Part shown: piece after piece, positions 33,126-46,138 of the stretch | Numbering within the stretch: the first letter of the stretch is position 1 | Layout of the letters: each line of letters opens with the position of its first letter | NCBI GenBank assembly: GCA_051294375.1 | Contig: CM119266.1 | Location: forward strand, 10,515,571 to 10,579,570 | DNA: 64,000 nucleotides | Direction: 5' to 3' | Source of the DNA: Paraspadella gotoi | Lineage: Eukaryota; Animalia; Chaetognatha | Notes under the pieces: model-generated | Seen by the model: the letters and a program-made list of their open reading frames with translations, nothing else | The model's database searches: none | What the model was told of the DNA's origin: nothing | Translations under genes and position numbers: made by a program

Positions 33126-35487
33126 ATGCCGAATTGGGTGGGAAAACTCAGGGTGCGCAACGACTACGTGCGCGAGTTCATGGCCGAATTTTTGGGAACT
33201 TTCGTGCTCATCGTGATCGGCGACGGATCCGTGGCGCAGAAGGTGCTCACCAACAATAACCTCGCCACTTATATCTCCGTCAACTTCGGCTACGGTCTCG
33301 CCGTCGCCTTCGGAGTCTACATCTCCGGCGGCGTCTCGGGAGGACACATAAATCCCGCCGTCACGCTAACCATGGCCGTTTTGGGTTAGGAAGAGGCATT
33401 GTTCGTAATATATATAGCATTGAGCTTAATTTTACATTCGCCGATTAGGGTTCGAGGGGGGTTGAGGGTTAAGAGCAGTTAGGGGTAATTTAAGGTTTGT
33501 GGGGTTTAGGATTTGAATAATTAAGTTGTAATTTTTATCATATTTTTAGTAATAAAACTTATATACATTGTATTAAAAATGTATATAAAATTATTTAAAA
33601 AATTAGTGCGCCAAAAAAATAATGAAAATTATGTACTACATAACTTTCCTAACCCTACTTTATTAACCTTAACCTTAAACCTTCATAACCCTAACCAAAT
33701 TTAAACCTAAACCTCGCTAACCTTATTTTGTCGAACGTAAAATTAAGCCAGTATTTTATCAATTCCCATATAGTGAATAAAATTAGTCGGGTTTTCTTTG
33801 CCAATTTTGAACGAAACTCCTCACTTCCTCTTGATCAAGGTCGTCTCAAATGGACCAAAGTTCCAGTTTACATGTTGGCGCAATACCTTGGCGCCTTCAC
33901 CGGAGCCGCCGTCGTCTTCGGCGTCTATCACGACCTCATTGATAAAATGGGAAGGGGCGTTCCAGGAGTGGACGATATGCCGACGGCAGGAATCTTCGCC
34001 ACGTATCCCTATCCGGACGTCAGCACCTCCGCGTTGTTGGGTGACCAGGTGAGGATAAATATTGAGTATGTAAAAGACGGAGGAAGAGTGATAAAAGGGA
34101 AGGTTATTGGTTAGTCTCCTAACGCCACCTATGTCCTCGTCCAATCTACGACTCGCGTCTTTTCATCTTTGATATTCCGAATCCAGAAAGTCAAAACAAA
34201 GCTCAACAATATTGCAATTTCGCCTGGCATTTAGAAATTTTTTAGTCTTAATCTTCGATACATCTTCGATAAAATTCTTTTTTTTTTTTTTAAACTTTTA
34301 AAACCGTTTTTCGTGATCAGATTCTCGGGACTGCGTTGCTTGTCATGCTGGTGATGTCGTTTCTCGACGAAAACAACAGCGCCCCACACAAAGGCTTCGT
34401 TCCACTTCTCGTCGGTTTGGTCGTCGTCGCGATTGGCCTTTCCTTCGGAGTCAACGCGGGTGAGGCGTTACGAATGTTATAAAATAACTTATAAGTTATA
34501 ACTTATGTTTTAAACAAGTTGTTTCCGATAGTCCAGTTCGGCCTATAATTAAGGAGAATTAAGTTCATAAAATATTGTCTCAAGTTTGAAAACGCCTCGA
34601 GGGGGGGGGGAGCATTAAAAATATTCGATTGAAAATTTGAAATTGACCAGTCGAAAAATTAATAGCCAGTCGACCACAACGTCGTAATACTTTGTCTTAA
34701 ATCTATATGTCCCCTTTTTCAAAAAGGTTACGCCATAAATCCGGCTCGTGATTTGGGTCCGAGGCTTTTCACCCTGGCCGCCGGTTTTTCGACGAACACG
34801 TTCACCGTCGGAGATTTGTAAGTCACCGCGTCAACCTCTTTCGCCACGCCAACTCAAATCGTCATAACGTTTTCTCTTTTCTCCCCAGTTATTTCTGGAT
34901 CCCCATCGTGGGTCCTCACTTGGGGGCGTTGGTGGGCGCTGCCGCGTACGTTTTTCTCATCGAAAATAATTGGAAAGACGACGATCCGTCGAGTTACTCG
35001 ATCCCGGCGATAAAACCCGACAGCGGAAAATACAATGGTAAGATCGAATATTGACCATCGCTACAATCTGTACTAAACTATAACAAATTTCTGTTTTCAA
35101 ATGTTTAATTTTTTGACTTTTCTCTCAAGAAGACGCATACGAAGTGCCTGGTAAGCGTTATTATTAAGCCACAAGATCGATGTGAAAATTTTTATTAAAC
35201 CGCACATTTCGAATTGTGATATTTTAATGCATTCCCAGCCCTTCTTGGTTAAACATAGCATCCCATTACGTTTAATTTTCACATCCTTCTATTAATTGCT
35301 TTTTAGGGTGATTTGTCTTAGAAATTGCGATAATCCCGATTGTGAAGCTTGGGAGCTTGGTAAGGCAATTATTTCTGAGAAAGGTGGGATTTGGTTTTCC
35401 TTTTAAACTGTTATAATTGTTTATAACCCGAAGAACTAATTCCAGCTTTCTCTTTGTCCTCCAGAAATGCGTCTGTCCTCCGTTTAA
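33126..35487 (+). CDS. Aquaglyceroporin (AQP3/7/9/10-like)
   Basis: Exons 33126-33384, 33840-34048, 34321-34459, 34727-34817, 34889-35037, (35130-35150), 35465-35487. Motifs [63 protein letters not shown] (NPARD glyceroporin signature), [16 protein letters not shown]. Confidence 0.95.
33445..33722. repeat. Intronic element with degenerate TTAGGG-like left arm and CCCTAA-like right arm (possible MITE remnant)
   Basis: ttagggttcgagg..ggttaag..ttagggg..gtttagg at 33445-33510; cctaaccct..aaccttaacc..taaccctaacc..aaacctaaacc at 33647-33722. Confidence 0.5.
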
Positions 35488-36667
35488 TCAAAAAATTGCG
35501 ATTGGTTGCGTACTTTTACAATTACTGTGTATTGTCTGTTATTGAATAATAAATTTGATTTGCCTCAAAAACTTTTCTTTAACCCTTCTTTCTTGAACAA
35601 GATCAAAAGTTATTCCTCGTAAACCTTCGTCAGACTATCTCCTGTGAAACAGGACCTAAAAACGAAATCGACGCTTTGGGAGCCGTTGTCATTTATTTTT
35701 TTTTGCTCGGTTGTCATAAATGCGTAATAACTAAAAAAATTTCACTGTCACCTTGAGTCCAAAAAACTTATTTTTCTAAATTTCGTTCGCTGCCTTGACT
35801 AAATTTTTTAAAAAAGTGCGCAATTTAGGGCCAATATAACCGTATATTTTCAGAGAAGTAGTTATTAAGAAATGAAGGGGGGAGGCGAGAAGAAATAAAA
35901 TTATCACCGTATCACCATTTAACAAACTGAACAGAACACCAAGAAATTTTGTTTCGGGAAAGGTATAGAATTAAAACTGTTAATCTCGAGTGATAATTAA
36001 CTTAAAACAAAAATAATACTTTTTTGGTCCATGCAGAGTTGAGAGGGTAATTTTATGAGAAGGTGCGAGTGGAGGAGGAAGAAGAGTGATGCATCCAACA
36101 GAAACACTTTTTTTCTCGTACGGAAATATGAGAGTAATAAACGTATCATACAAATAGCACTTTATATAAAATATTTTAGTTTTCTGAAAATCCATTATCA
36201 CCAAAAGTACATCTAAATTTAGTACCGAAAGGCCGACTGCAAATGTCGACACAGGGAAGGAAGGGTTGAAGAATTCTACGGCTATGTCTAAGACCGACCG
36301 GGGCGGTCAAGATGGACGTAACTCGTCACATTAATCAAACACGTAGTGGTATCACAATTGAAACAATCTTTAACCCCCGTACACAGTTAAGAGAGAACGA
36401 GAAACTTATGACAGATAAAGCTAGGTAATTGTCTGAAAAGTAAAAGGAAGGAGGAGAGAGTCTGAGAAAAGAAAAAAAGCAAGCTAAAATTGAGACAAGG
36501 TTGGGGGGATCCAAGTGAATTTTTAAAAATCGTTAATCGTGCGAAAAAATAATTGTCTTATTTGGTTTTGCAAATCTAGTTTTTGTTCTGCGTCGAAGCT
36601 CTTTGGGAATTTTGGCCTTTTCCGCGTCAGTTTTTCTGTAGCTGTCAACAATCAGCGAGCAGTGGCT

Positions 36668-39600
36668 TCAGAGACTGTTGATCGGCGTGGAAGTGGTAAA
36701 GTTCTTTCCCTCGATCTCTTCGTCGGAATCGGCGCCGCCGGCTTCGACGAACGAGATCTTGGCGGTGGCGCGCGTGGCCCTCGTAGAGCGGGCAGAGTCG
36801 TCGTCGTGACCTTTGCCGTCGGACGTGGTGGGAGAAACGGCTTCGTCCTTTTCGATCCCCGAATCTCGATTCTCCCGCGTTTCGTCTTCTTCGTCGCGCG
36901 GACTGGAGAAGGCGTCCATGAGATGGTCGTCGTCCTCGTCCTCCGATCGGCGCGCCTCCTTGACGGCGCCCTTCGCGACGCCGTCGGCAGAGTGGTTGGC
37001 GGCGCCGTCGAAAGACTCGACGCCGTGATCGTCGTCTTCGTCGTCGTCGTCGGAGGCGACGGAGATCGGGGAGAGAGCGATGGGCTCGTCGACGGTTTGC
37101 TGGTGATCGTCGACGACGACGGTGAGGGTCTCGGAGTCGGACTCGAAGGAGTGGCCGCCGGAAGAGGCGGAGGAAGGGGACGACCCGCTGCTCTCTGGAA
37201 TTAGGGGGTGGTGGGGGTTCATTAGTGTTTAATAACAAGCTTAATTAAGAATTTAAAGAATTACAAGTTTAATTGGAAGCCGAGCATTTTTAAAACGAAA
37301 TAAAATAAATAAAATTGTTTTCTAAATTATATATAATAAAATATAAAGCAACAAGAAGTATTAATCCCAAATTAACCTTTCCTTAATTTCTCATTACTAA
37401 AAATTTTATTTCCACGCCGCATTCGCAAGCCCCACGTACCTTCAGGCCCGCCCGGAGTCTCGATGTTGTGAACCCTTCTCAAGTGCCTCTTTAGATTCCG
37501 CGAAAGAGTAAAGGATTCTGGGCAGAGATGACAGAAGGTGTCGGCAGTCTTATTGTGGACTAGAAGCATATGCCGTCTCAGGAACTTGGGATGAGCGAAA
37601 GGTTCGCCGCACATACCGCATTCGTAAGCCGTCTGGAGGGATGATTCAAATACATTAAATACTAAATCAAAACAATTAAATGCATTTATTGACATTTTAT
37701 ATATAGTATATATTTATTATATACTCTGTCGACAAAATCCCCTAAAACTCACCGATCCGGCGTGATAAACTTTCACGTGATCTTTGACGTGAGATTTCTT
37801 CCCGAAACCTTTGCCACAAACTGGGCAAAGGTAAGATTTCAAACCCGGATGTTGTGACTTGAGGTGCTCCTTTCGAGCCTCTCTGCGGTCGAACTTGGCG
37901 TGGCAAAGGGGACACTTGTAAGATCTGGGAGCTTCGCCTGTGAAAAACCATTTTTAGTTTGCTATATGTTTAATTTATTTTCATATAAGTTTACTAATCT
38001 TAAATTCTCATATCACAATCATGGTTGACAGCCTCACCTAAAAGAGTTTTGGCTGTCTGAGCGTTAATCTCCTTGAGTTCGGCGATCTCTGCTTCAGAAT
38101 GCGACGTGGCAAAGTGACGGGCAAGTTCGCCGTACGAGTCGAACAAAGACGATGGGCAAAGCTGACAGGTTATCGGGTGTCCGGCCACTCTCCCGTCAAA
38201 CGTGTCGAGGTTCGAGCTTTGATTCTGTAAGTAAAAAAATTTACTAACAAAAGTCGTTCCTTATATTGCTAATATTTATTTTGTCGATTAGTTGTCTTTG
38301 TTCTAATTGTTTATTTTGCCTTTTATTTTTCATTGTTCATCGCCTGACCTCTTCCTTGACAATAGATCCGCCTCCTTGCGACTCTTTCCCGCCCTCTTCC
38401 GTCCAACCGGAGGATTTGGCGTCGTTTCCGGACGAGGCCGGAGATTGCGGCGTCGACGCGAATAAGCCGCGTCGATCGGCGGCGTTTCCGGCGCCGAAAG
38501 GCGGGAAACCGAAGCCGCGTAAATCTTGAAAATTCTGAAAGGCGGCGGCCATCTCGTGTTCGATCGCGTGATTTTGCAGCTGAAGGGTTTGGGTTCAAAA
38601 CATTATCATTATTTTGCAAAACAATCGCAATATGTGCGAATAATAATGAACGAACAAACGACTCACCTCCGCCGAGAAGAAAAAGGTCTGCGGGCAAGAC
38701 TGGCAGGCGAACTGCCGGGCAGCCATGCCGTGTTCGACCGCGTGACGCTGGATGGCGTCGGACGTGGTGAAGAGGGCGTTGCAGACGGTGCAGACGAACT
38801 CGGAAGGCGGCAGCACCGTCGCCTTGCCCTCCGAGGAGGAGGAGGATGGACGCTGCTCGTACGTGTGAATGATTAGGTGAGTCTGCAGTTTGGCCGGAGA
38901 ATCGAAGACCTGGAAAAGGCGGCCCTCCTGTTTTTTGTTTTTGTTTTGTTTTTGCAGAGAGGTACAGGAAGAAGACGAAGCGTGGTTATATGTTAATGCG
39001 CGAGACAGCGGGGATTGTAGATGCGCACACACAAAGGAGCGGGTTGAAGGGTTGCAAATATGAAAAGGAAAAGGAGAAAGGAGAAAACGAAAAGATGGTT
39101 AAATATTTTGTAAAAATCAAAACTTCACTTAAGCTAAGCATGCAGTTGGTTTTTTGTTTAAGCTCTACTTAATACGTGTACTGTATATATATATACAGCA
39201 TCACTGAACTACGTGCGCGCGTTAACGAAATATAAATAAAAGATTAAAAGACATAAATTGTGACTAACCTGTCCGCAAAGGCGACACTCGTGCAAGACTC
39301 CCTCTTGCAGCACGTGCTTCGCAACGTGTACTTTGATCTCGTATTCAGTGGCGAAGGTCTCTTGACATTTAATACACTGAAAGGTTCTGTTGTGAACTGT
39401 ACGGGCGTGAAAGCTCAGTGCGTCTTCTGTTTCCATCTTTTGTGAGCAGATGGGGCAGCTGGAAGGGGGGGTGTGACGGTGTTATTGAAAAAGTTCCGTC
39501 AAATCAAAATAAAAGAAAAAAGAAACAAAATAAAAGAAAAAAGAAACAAAATAAAAGAACCTAAAAAAAAACGAAGGATGTACATAAATATTATTGCAAG

Positions 39601-42600
39601 TAAATGACTTGCATAGAATTTACTTTAAATTGAAGAAATTCACAAAACAATTAAAATTAACTGTTCGTCGCCACTCCAACATTAAACATTAAGATTAACA
39701 AACACACCAGATTCTCTCACCTGATCTTCCTGTTCTCGTCGTTCTTCTGATCGTTCCTCTGATCGTTCCTCTTGGCGGGAACCCCGCCGTTCGCAAAGGG
39801 AGGATCCTCGCTCCTCGATCTCTTTCTCGTCTTGACGCACATGTTGAGTGGTTGTTCGCCAGGGGACGCGTCGTCGCCCTGGTAGCACGTGCCGCACACG
39901 TAAACCGTCGTGCCGCCGGCCATGTTTTCCGCCACCACGTCGGACAGAGAGGTGTAGGTCTTGGTGCAAACCGTGCACATGAAGTTCGGTTCTGAAAAAT
40001 TTGGGAAATTTAAGTTACAAAAACTTGTCTAAACGATATAAGTTAATATAATTAATAAACCTTGCCAACCCACCTGATCCATTTTGAAAGTGATGTCGCG
40101 AATGCAGCTGCAACTCGATCATTGAGGTCAACGTCTGACGACAAACGATGCACTGCATGACGACGGCGTTGTTGGCGTCCCCCGCAGCTGCTGCGGCGCT
40201 GGCGCGCGAGGCCAGCTGCGACGCGGCGACGCCGCAGTGCTTCTGTACGTGAGAGAAGAACTGCTCCTCGTCCTTGAGCGCGACTTTGCATACGACGCAA
40301 ACGTTGCCCTTCAAGACTTTGCAATGCTGCAACTTGTGCTCGGCGAGAACAGTCGAGTTGGGGAAGACCTCGTCGCAAATGTTGCATTTGAGGTTCGTCG
40401 GCATGATGTGGGTTTTCATGTGCTTCTCCAGTTCGGATTTTGTCTGGAGATGAAAGAGATAAGAAAAGAATGAAGGAATGAATGAATGAACGAATGTAAG
40501 AGTGAATGCATAATTGAATATAATATAGTAAGAATGAAGGAAATAATGTAAGAATTAATGAATAAATAACAAAAGAAAATTAATTTCATCTCTACATAAC
40601 ACAACCTAACCTTAAAAACTTGATTGCAATAAACGCAGTACAGAGAGACGATCCCGGAACCGCCCGACTTTCCCGCCGCGCCGCCGCCTTTCTGCGACAA
40701 ATGAACGACGGGCGCCGATGACGCCGGCGGCATCAACGACAACGGGCTCATGGCGTTGGGCGTGGAAAACGCGGAGACGGGCGAGGAGCTCAGACCCGAG
40801 CGGGTGGCGCCGCCGTTGGCCAGCGTCTTCTTGCCCGACGTGATGGGCGTGGCGTCGACGACCTTGAGCTTGTGATCCCGAGCCCGATGATCGTGCAGCT
40901 CGTTCTCCGTTATGTAGATTGCGTCGCAAATTTCGCACTTGTACTTGTCGTCCTTGGTTCGCGTCAATCCGCTGGAGACGCGAGGCGGCGGGAGGAGAGA
41001 CGTCACGGTCTCTGAGGTAGATGGGGTTGTCGATTGATGAAGCGCTTCGGGGGTGCTGCTCGAAGTGCGGGAGGCGTTTGACGACGCGTTCGATTGCTCG
41101 GCGGCGGCTGACGCGGCGGCGTCGCCGTTCGTCGAGGACGTCTCGGCCTTGGATTGATTGTTGTTGTTGTTATTGTTGTAAGGCTTGACGTCGGACCTCG
41201 AGGGATTGTTGGATTCATTGGTGTGCTTGGTCGCCAGATGTTGATCCAATTGATACTCGACGTAGAACGTCTCTTCGCACAAGTGACATTTGAAATGCTT
41301 TTGGTGAGTCGTGAGGTGATACTGAAAGTCCACCTCGGCCGTGAAGCCCTCTTGGCAGAAGAGACAGCGATAGGGTTTGGCGTTTCTCAAGTGATTCACT
41401 TTAACGTGCAACTGCCACTCCATCTCCGAGCGAAAGATGGCCGAAGGCGGCGGGCACACCGTGCACTTGTAGAGCTTGCACTCGTTGGAGTGCTTGACGG
41501 CGAAGTGGACTTGGATGGTGACTTTGGAATCGAACATCTCTTTGCAGAGGGAACATCTATACAAATGGTGGGCGTGGATGTCCATCAGGTGCTTCTGCAG
41601 CTCGTCCGGCTTGGAGAACAGCTTGAAGCAGCTCTGGCACCCGTATTCGGTGGTCGTCGCCAGGAAGTGCGTGCACATGTGGGTGTCCAACGCGTCTTCA
41701 GTGGAAAAACTCAGATCACACTTTGAGCAGGGAAAGGGAAGAGAGTTGGCGGGCGGTTCCGGGGTCTTTGACAGTTCGCCCTCGACCGAGTTAGACTGAA
41801 TCTGCGCCGCGGGTTGATTGTGGTGATTGGAGCGGGGCGAGAGTTCCGGGGTTCGACTCCTCGACACGCTTCTGGAGGACGACGAGAGCTTTGAAGGCGA
41901 CGAGTCCTTCCGCTCGCAGCTCCGATTCTGATGTCGTGTGGATCTTTGGCTCTGCTGTTGCTGCTGTTGTAGCTGTTGCATCTCCTTTGCCTGCTCTTGC
42001 AAGTGAGTTCTCATGTGCGCCTGGAAGTTGGTAAAATTGAGGAAGGTGGCGTTGCACTGATTGCAAGTGAGGGAAGAAGGGTCGGCGGCTGAAGAGGATC
42101 TCGGCGACGCCATCGGCGAACGTCGCTGAGAACTCGGCTCCGACTTTGGGATTTTACCGCCGGAAAGATCGAGCGACTCGAACTTCGAGGATCCGCGATC
42201 CGCGTGAACGAACTTTATGTGGTCGGCCAGCTGAAGCGGGGAGAGGAAGGTCATGCTGCACTGCGGACAGGAGTATCCGCCGGAGAGCGGGAAGAAGTGA
42301 GAGAAGGAAGAGTTGGGGAAAGTCGGCGTCTTTTCTTCACGAGAGACGGGGGTGTTGAGCGGATTGGGGAAGGAGTGCACGGCTTCCTTGTGCTTGAGAA
42401 GGAATTCCTCCGTGGAGAAGACCATGGTGCAAAGATCGCATCCTATGGTGGTCGAGGCCGATGGGGTGCCGACGGAAGCGACACTCTGGGATCCGGGCGA
42501 CGCCGGAGACTGCAGCTGGCGTCGCATGATCGAGGCGGCGGTCAACGCGCGATAGGCGGACTCGTGGTAAGTTTGCATGTGATCGTTGAGGCTGAAGATG

Positions 42601-44160
42601 TTGCCGAAGATTTGGTAACAGAAGGTGCAGGGAATGATCTGTACGGGGGGCTGATCAGAGTGACTGGTCTTGAGGTGGTGCTCGATGTGTTTGAGACTGA
42701 TGTTGGGGACAAAAGAAAAATGGGTATTTTTGTGATTAATCCATTTTTAAATTGTTTATAAAGATCGAAAAACAATGATCGTTGGTTATATTTAATGCCT
42801 ACCTATGGAATCCTATCTTGTTGCAGACGGGACAGTTGAGGCCGTTGAGGCCCTTGCTGGCCAGAGCGGCAATCGAGTTCCCGAAAGGCGGGAGCGGCGA
42901 TGGTAGCGCCCCTAACGGCGTCCTCGCATCGCCCTCCGACCCGAGACTCGACGTCCGCTCCGCCGCCGCAGCCAGCTGCATGGGCGAAGGAACGACCGAC
43001 GGGTGCGGCGGCGGAGGCGGAGGCGGCGGAGCGCCCGCCTTCAGCAACTCCTGCGGATCGTGCAGTAGCTGCACGTGACGCAGCATCTCCTCGGCGGCGG
43101 CGAAGGGCGTCACGCAGACGGGGCAGCGGAACGGCTTGAGGACGCCGGGGTGGGGCGAGAGGGGCTCTGTAAAAGAAGGGGGGCGGGAAGAGAGGGAGGG
43201 GATAGAACGTTAGAGAGCGAGTTAGAAAGAGTTAGAGAGAGAAATGAGACCCAGCTTCATTTCCGTCGATGCGAGGATTGAAAGGGTTCCCCGGAGCCTC
43301 GTTCCTTCGCGAATCTAATTGCCCGCCAAGTTACGCGTCGCCGATGACGACGACGACCATCGACCGCCAAAGACGAAAATTTTTTTTTCTTCCGGATCTC
43401 ACTCGCCATGCCCCCCTCCCTCCCCTCCTCCACGAATTCTACCGCCTTTTTTTTCTTTTAGTGTTGGGGGAGAGTGTTGAAAGAGGCTAAGGAGAGTAAA
43501 GGGGGGAGCAGTGGAAATTAGGTTTCCTTTTCATATTTTTTTTTTTTTTTTGGAGGGCGGGTCTAATCGCCAAAGTCGTCATCGACGCCGAATCGTCGTC
43601 CCTCCGTTTTAATGCCCAATTTCGAAAATCACAAACCCGTTTTTTATCCATAATTTCCTTCCCCCCCCCCTCCGCGTCTCCCCTAAGAACGTCGTCGTCA
43701 TAGTCGTCGTCGTCGTCTTTCTTTTTTCTATTTTCATCATCCCCATCTTCCTCCCATTCCTCAAAACTCTCATCAAAAAAAATCCAATTGGAACTTTTTT
43801 TTTTTCTTGAATTGAGAATCGTAAGAAATTTTTTCCCTTTTTTTTGTGTCAAAGAGACACTGACTCTCTCTCTCTCCCTCTCTTTCGCTAATGACTCTGG
43901 ACGACCCATTCCGCGCGCCGTGGTTCTTTTGAAAAAACCGCCGTCTTAATAGTTCTCACCGCGCGCTTTCTTTCTTTTTCTACTTCTTTTTTTTTTCTTT
44001 CTCTCCTTAGCTCCGCACATCCCAAAGACACCTTTGCATAAATTAGCGCGAGGAATAAAAAAAAAAGAAAAAATGGTCGAAACGGCGCGACGATGTCTTT
44101 TGTTTTACGAGGATTTTAACGGCGAAACAGAGTCAATAATTGAAGTCGTTTTTCGCAGAG

Positions 44161-44196
<36 letters not shown>

Positions 44197-46105
44197 GGAA
44201 TGGAACGAGTTGTAAGATTTGAAGGAAAGGTTTTGGAAAGTTAAGAAAGTTAAAAGCGAAGGTTTCCTCGTAGGAAAATAAGGCCGTCTGTCTCACGGTC
44301 TCGGAATTTCGTAAAACACCGTGGGTCCGTGGGAGCTCGAAGATTATTTCTGTAAATAGGAATTCTTAAATTGAATTTAGTTGCTTGAATTTAACTAGCG
44401 GGATTTGTATACTAAGGCGCTGCAACTAATAATGATTGCGACGGCGTCTAAAGGCGGCTTCGGCCGCGCCGCTCAAAGTCGGCGGCGACGACCGCATCGC
44501 CGCAAAACTCGCCTTTTTCCATGAATTCGAAATCCAGCTTTTCAAAACTTTCGTCCCCAAAACAAGTCGTCGTCATCTTCCCTCGGGCAACGAAAAAAAA
44601 AATCTAAAAAAAAAGGAAAGAAATGAAATAAAATCGCAGAGAGAAAAGAGAGAGAGGCTCGAGGAAAAAAAAATTGCGCTTTTTCTGAAATTTCGCTTTT
44701 GCGTCGAGAGAGCGAGAAAGTTCGTGATAATAGTCGTAAAAATAAAAGCAAACGACGATAGAAAATGTTTCTATAGATACCCGCCTTTCTCCTTTTCGCC
44801 CCCGAGGCGAGGCAATAAAAAAATTCGGGTTATCAAAAAAATAAAAACCCCCTCTTCGTAAATCCCCGAAAATTTATTGAAAATTTTTTTCGAAATGATC
44901 AAAAGGGGAGAGAGGTGCTCGAGAAAGCGGGACGTTATGAGAGAACGAAAGGTTCCCATGATGTCTTTCATAACGATTGTCGCAAACAATTTCCCCATAT
45001 CTCTCTCTCTCTCTCTCTCTCTCCTTATTTTTTCGTTGCTTGTCCCCCTTTTCTCCTTTGTTTTCCATCCGTTTCCACGTTTTGAGCCCACTGGCGAAAT
45101 GTTTTTAAACCGAATTCTGATTAATTTCCTTTCCTCCCTTTTTCTTTCTCAATTTGCTCTGTTTTTATTTTAAACATTAATTCTCTTTTCACTTCTGTTT
45201 TCTTTTTTTATTTTCACTGTCCTTACCTTAGTATCTTTTCACTAATTTCTTTTTCTATCTCCGTCTGATTCACACGGCCTCCCTTCTCTCGCCCCTCCCT
45301 CTCTCTCTCTTTCTTCCTCTCTTTTTCCCTCTCTCCAATATGACTTTGGTTTTTTTTTTTTTCCAATCACGTGACTCGGCGCATCGTCACGTGACGTCAC
45401 CCATTGAGCGCCGCGAAGTTTTGAAAGGCGCGCGCTAAAAAGGAGGAGGGGAGGAGACCGGCGACTTTTGTTTCTGTGGCGAGCGGCGCGGGGACCATTA
45501 GCGCCGGCGCGCGCGGAAAAAAAACGCCGTCAACCGACGACGACAACGACAACGATCACCTATTCATCGACGCGGAGAGAAAACGCAATCTGAGAACGGA
45601 CGATTGCGTCGGGGTGGGGAGTGGGGTGGGGTGGGCGGGGTGCAGGGGGTTGAGTGGGCGTGGAGATATGGAATCATCTCGATATCGATACAAATTTCTG
45701 TGACGGGAAAGATCCGTATTTGACAAACTGGGATCGATTACGATTACGATTACGATCGATCTGAGATCGACCACGTCCGATTCAGATTCCGGCGCCGGTC
45801 AATCTAAGAAAAGTCAGACCAAGATAACGCCGAAGGAAATAAGGCGCCGCCCGAGTAAGAACGGCGCCATCGGCGCAAGACGCCGCCGCTCGAAACCCGG
45901 CTCGTGGAACGGGGAGGGCAAGAGATTCGCAAAGAAGGAGAAGAAGGCAACGAGAGAAAGAGGCCATTCCGACGCCGCGTTACATCCTTGTCCTTTTGTC
46001 TTTCCGTCATTAACTTTCTTTCCCCTAATCGTGGTTTTGATTCCCCAGCGCCATCTATATACGGCGAGCGCCGTCTTCCGACAAAACTCTCTCTCTCTCT
46101 CGCTG

Positions 46106-46138
<33 letters not shown>

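Noticed and set aside
36539-37238. Alternative-frame and antisense ORFs over the last Oaz exon, and similar ones over the MICAL-like and Oaz exons
   Set aside because: Expected shadows of GC-rich coding sequence.
42630-42660. Apparent frameshift at the start of the large Oaz exon
   Set aside because: Recounting the G6 run shows the frame is continuous ([13 protein letters not shown]).
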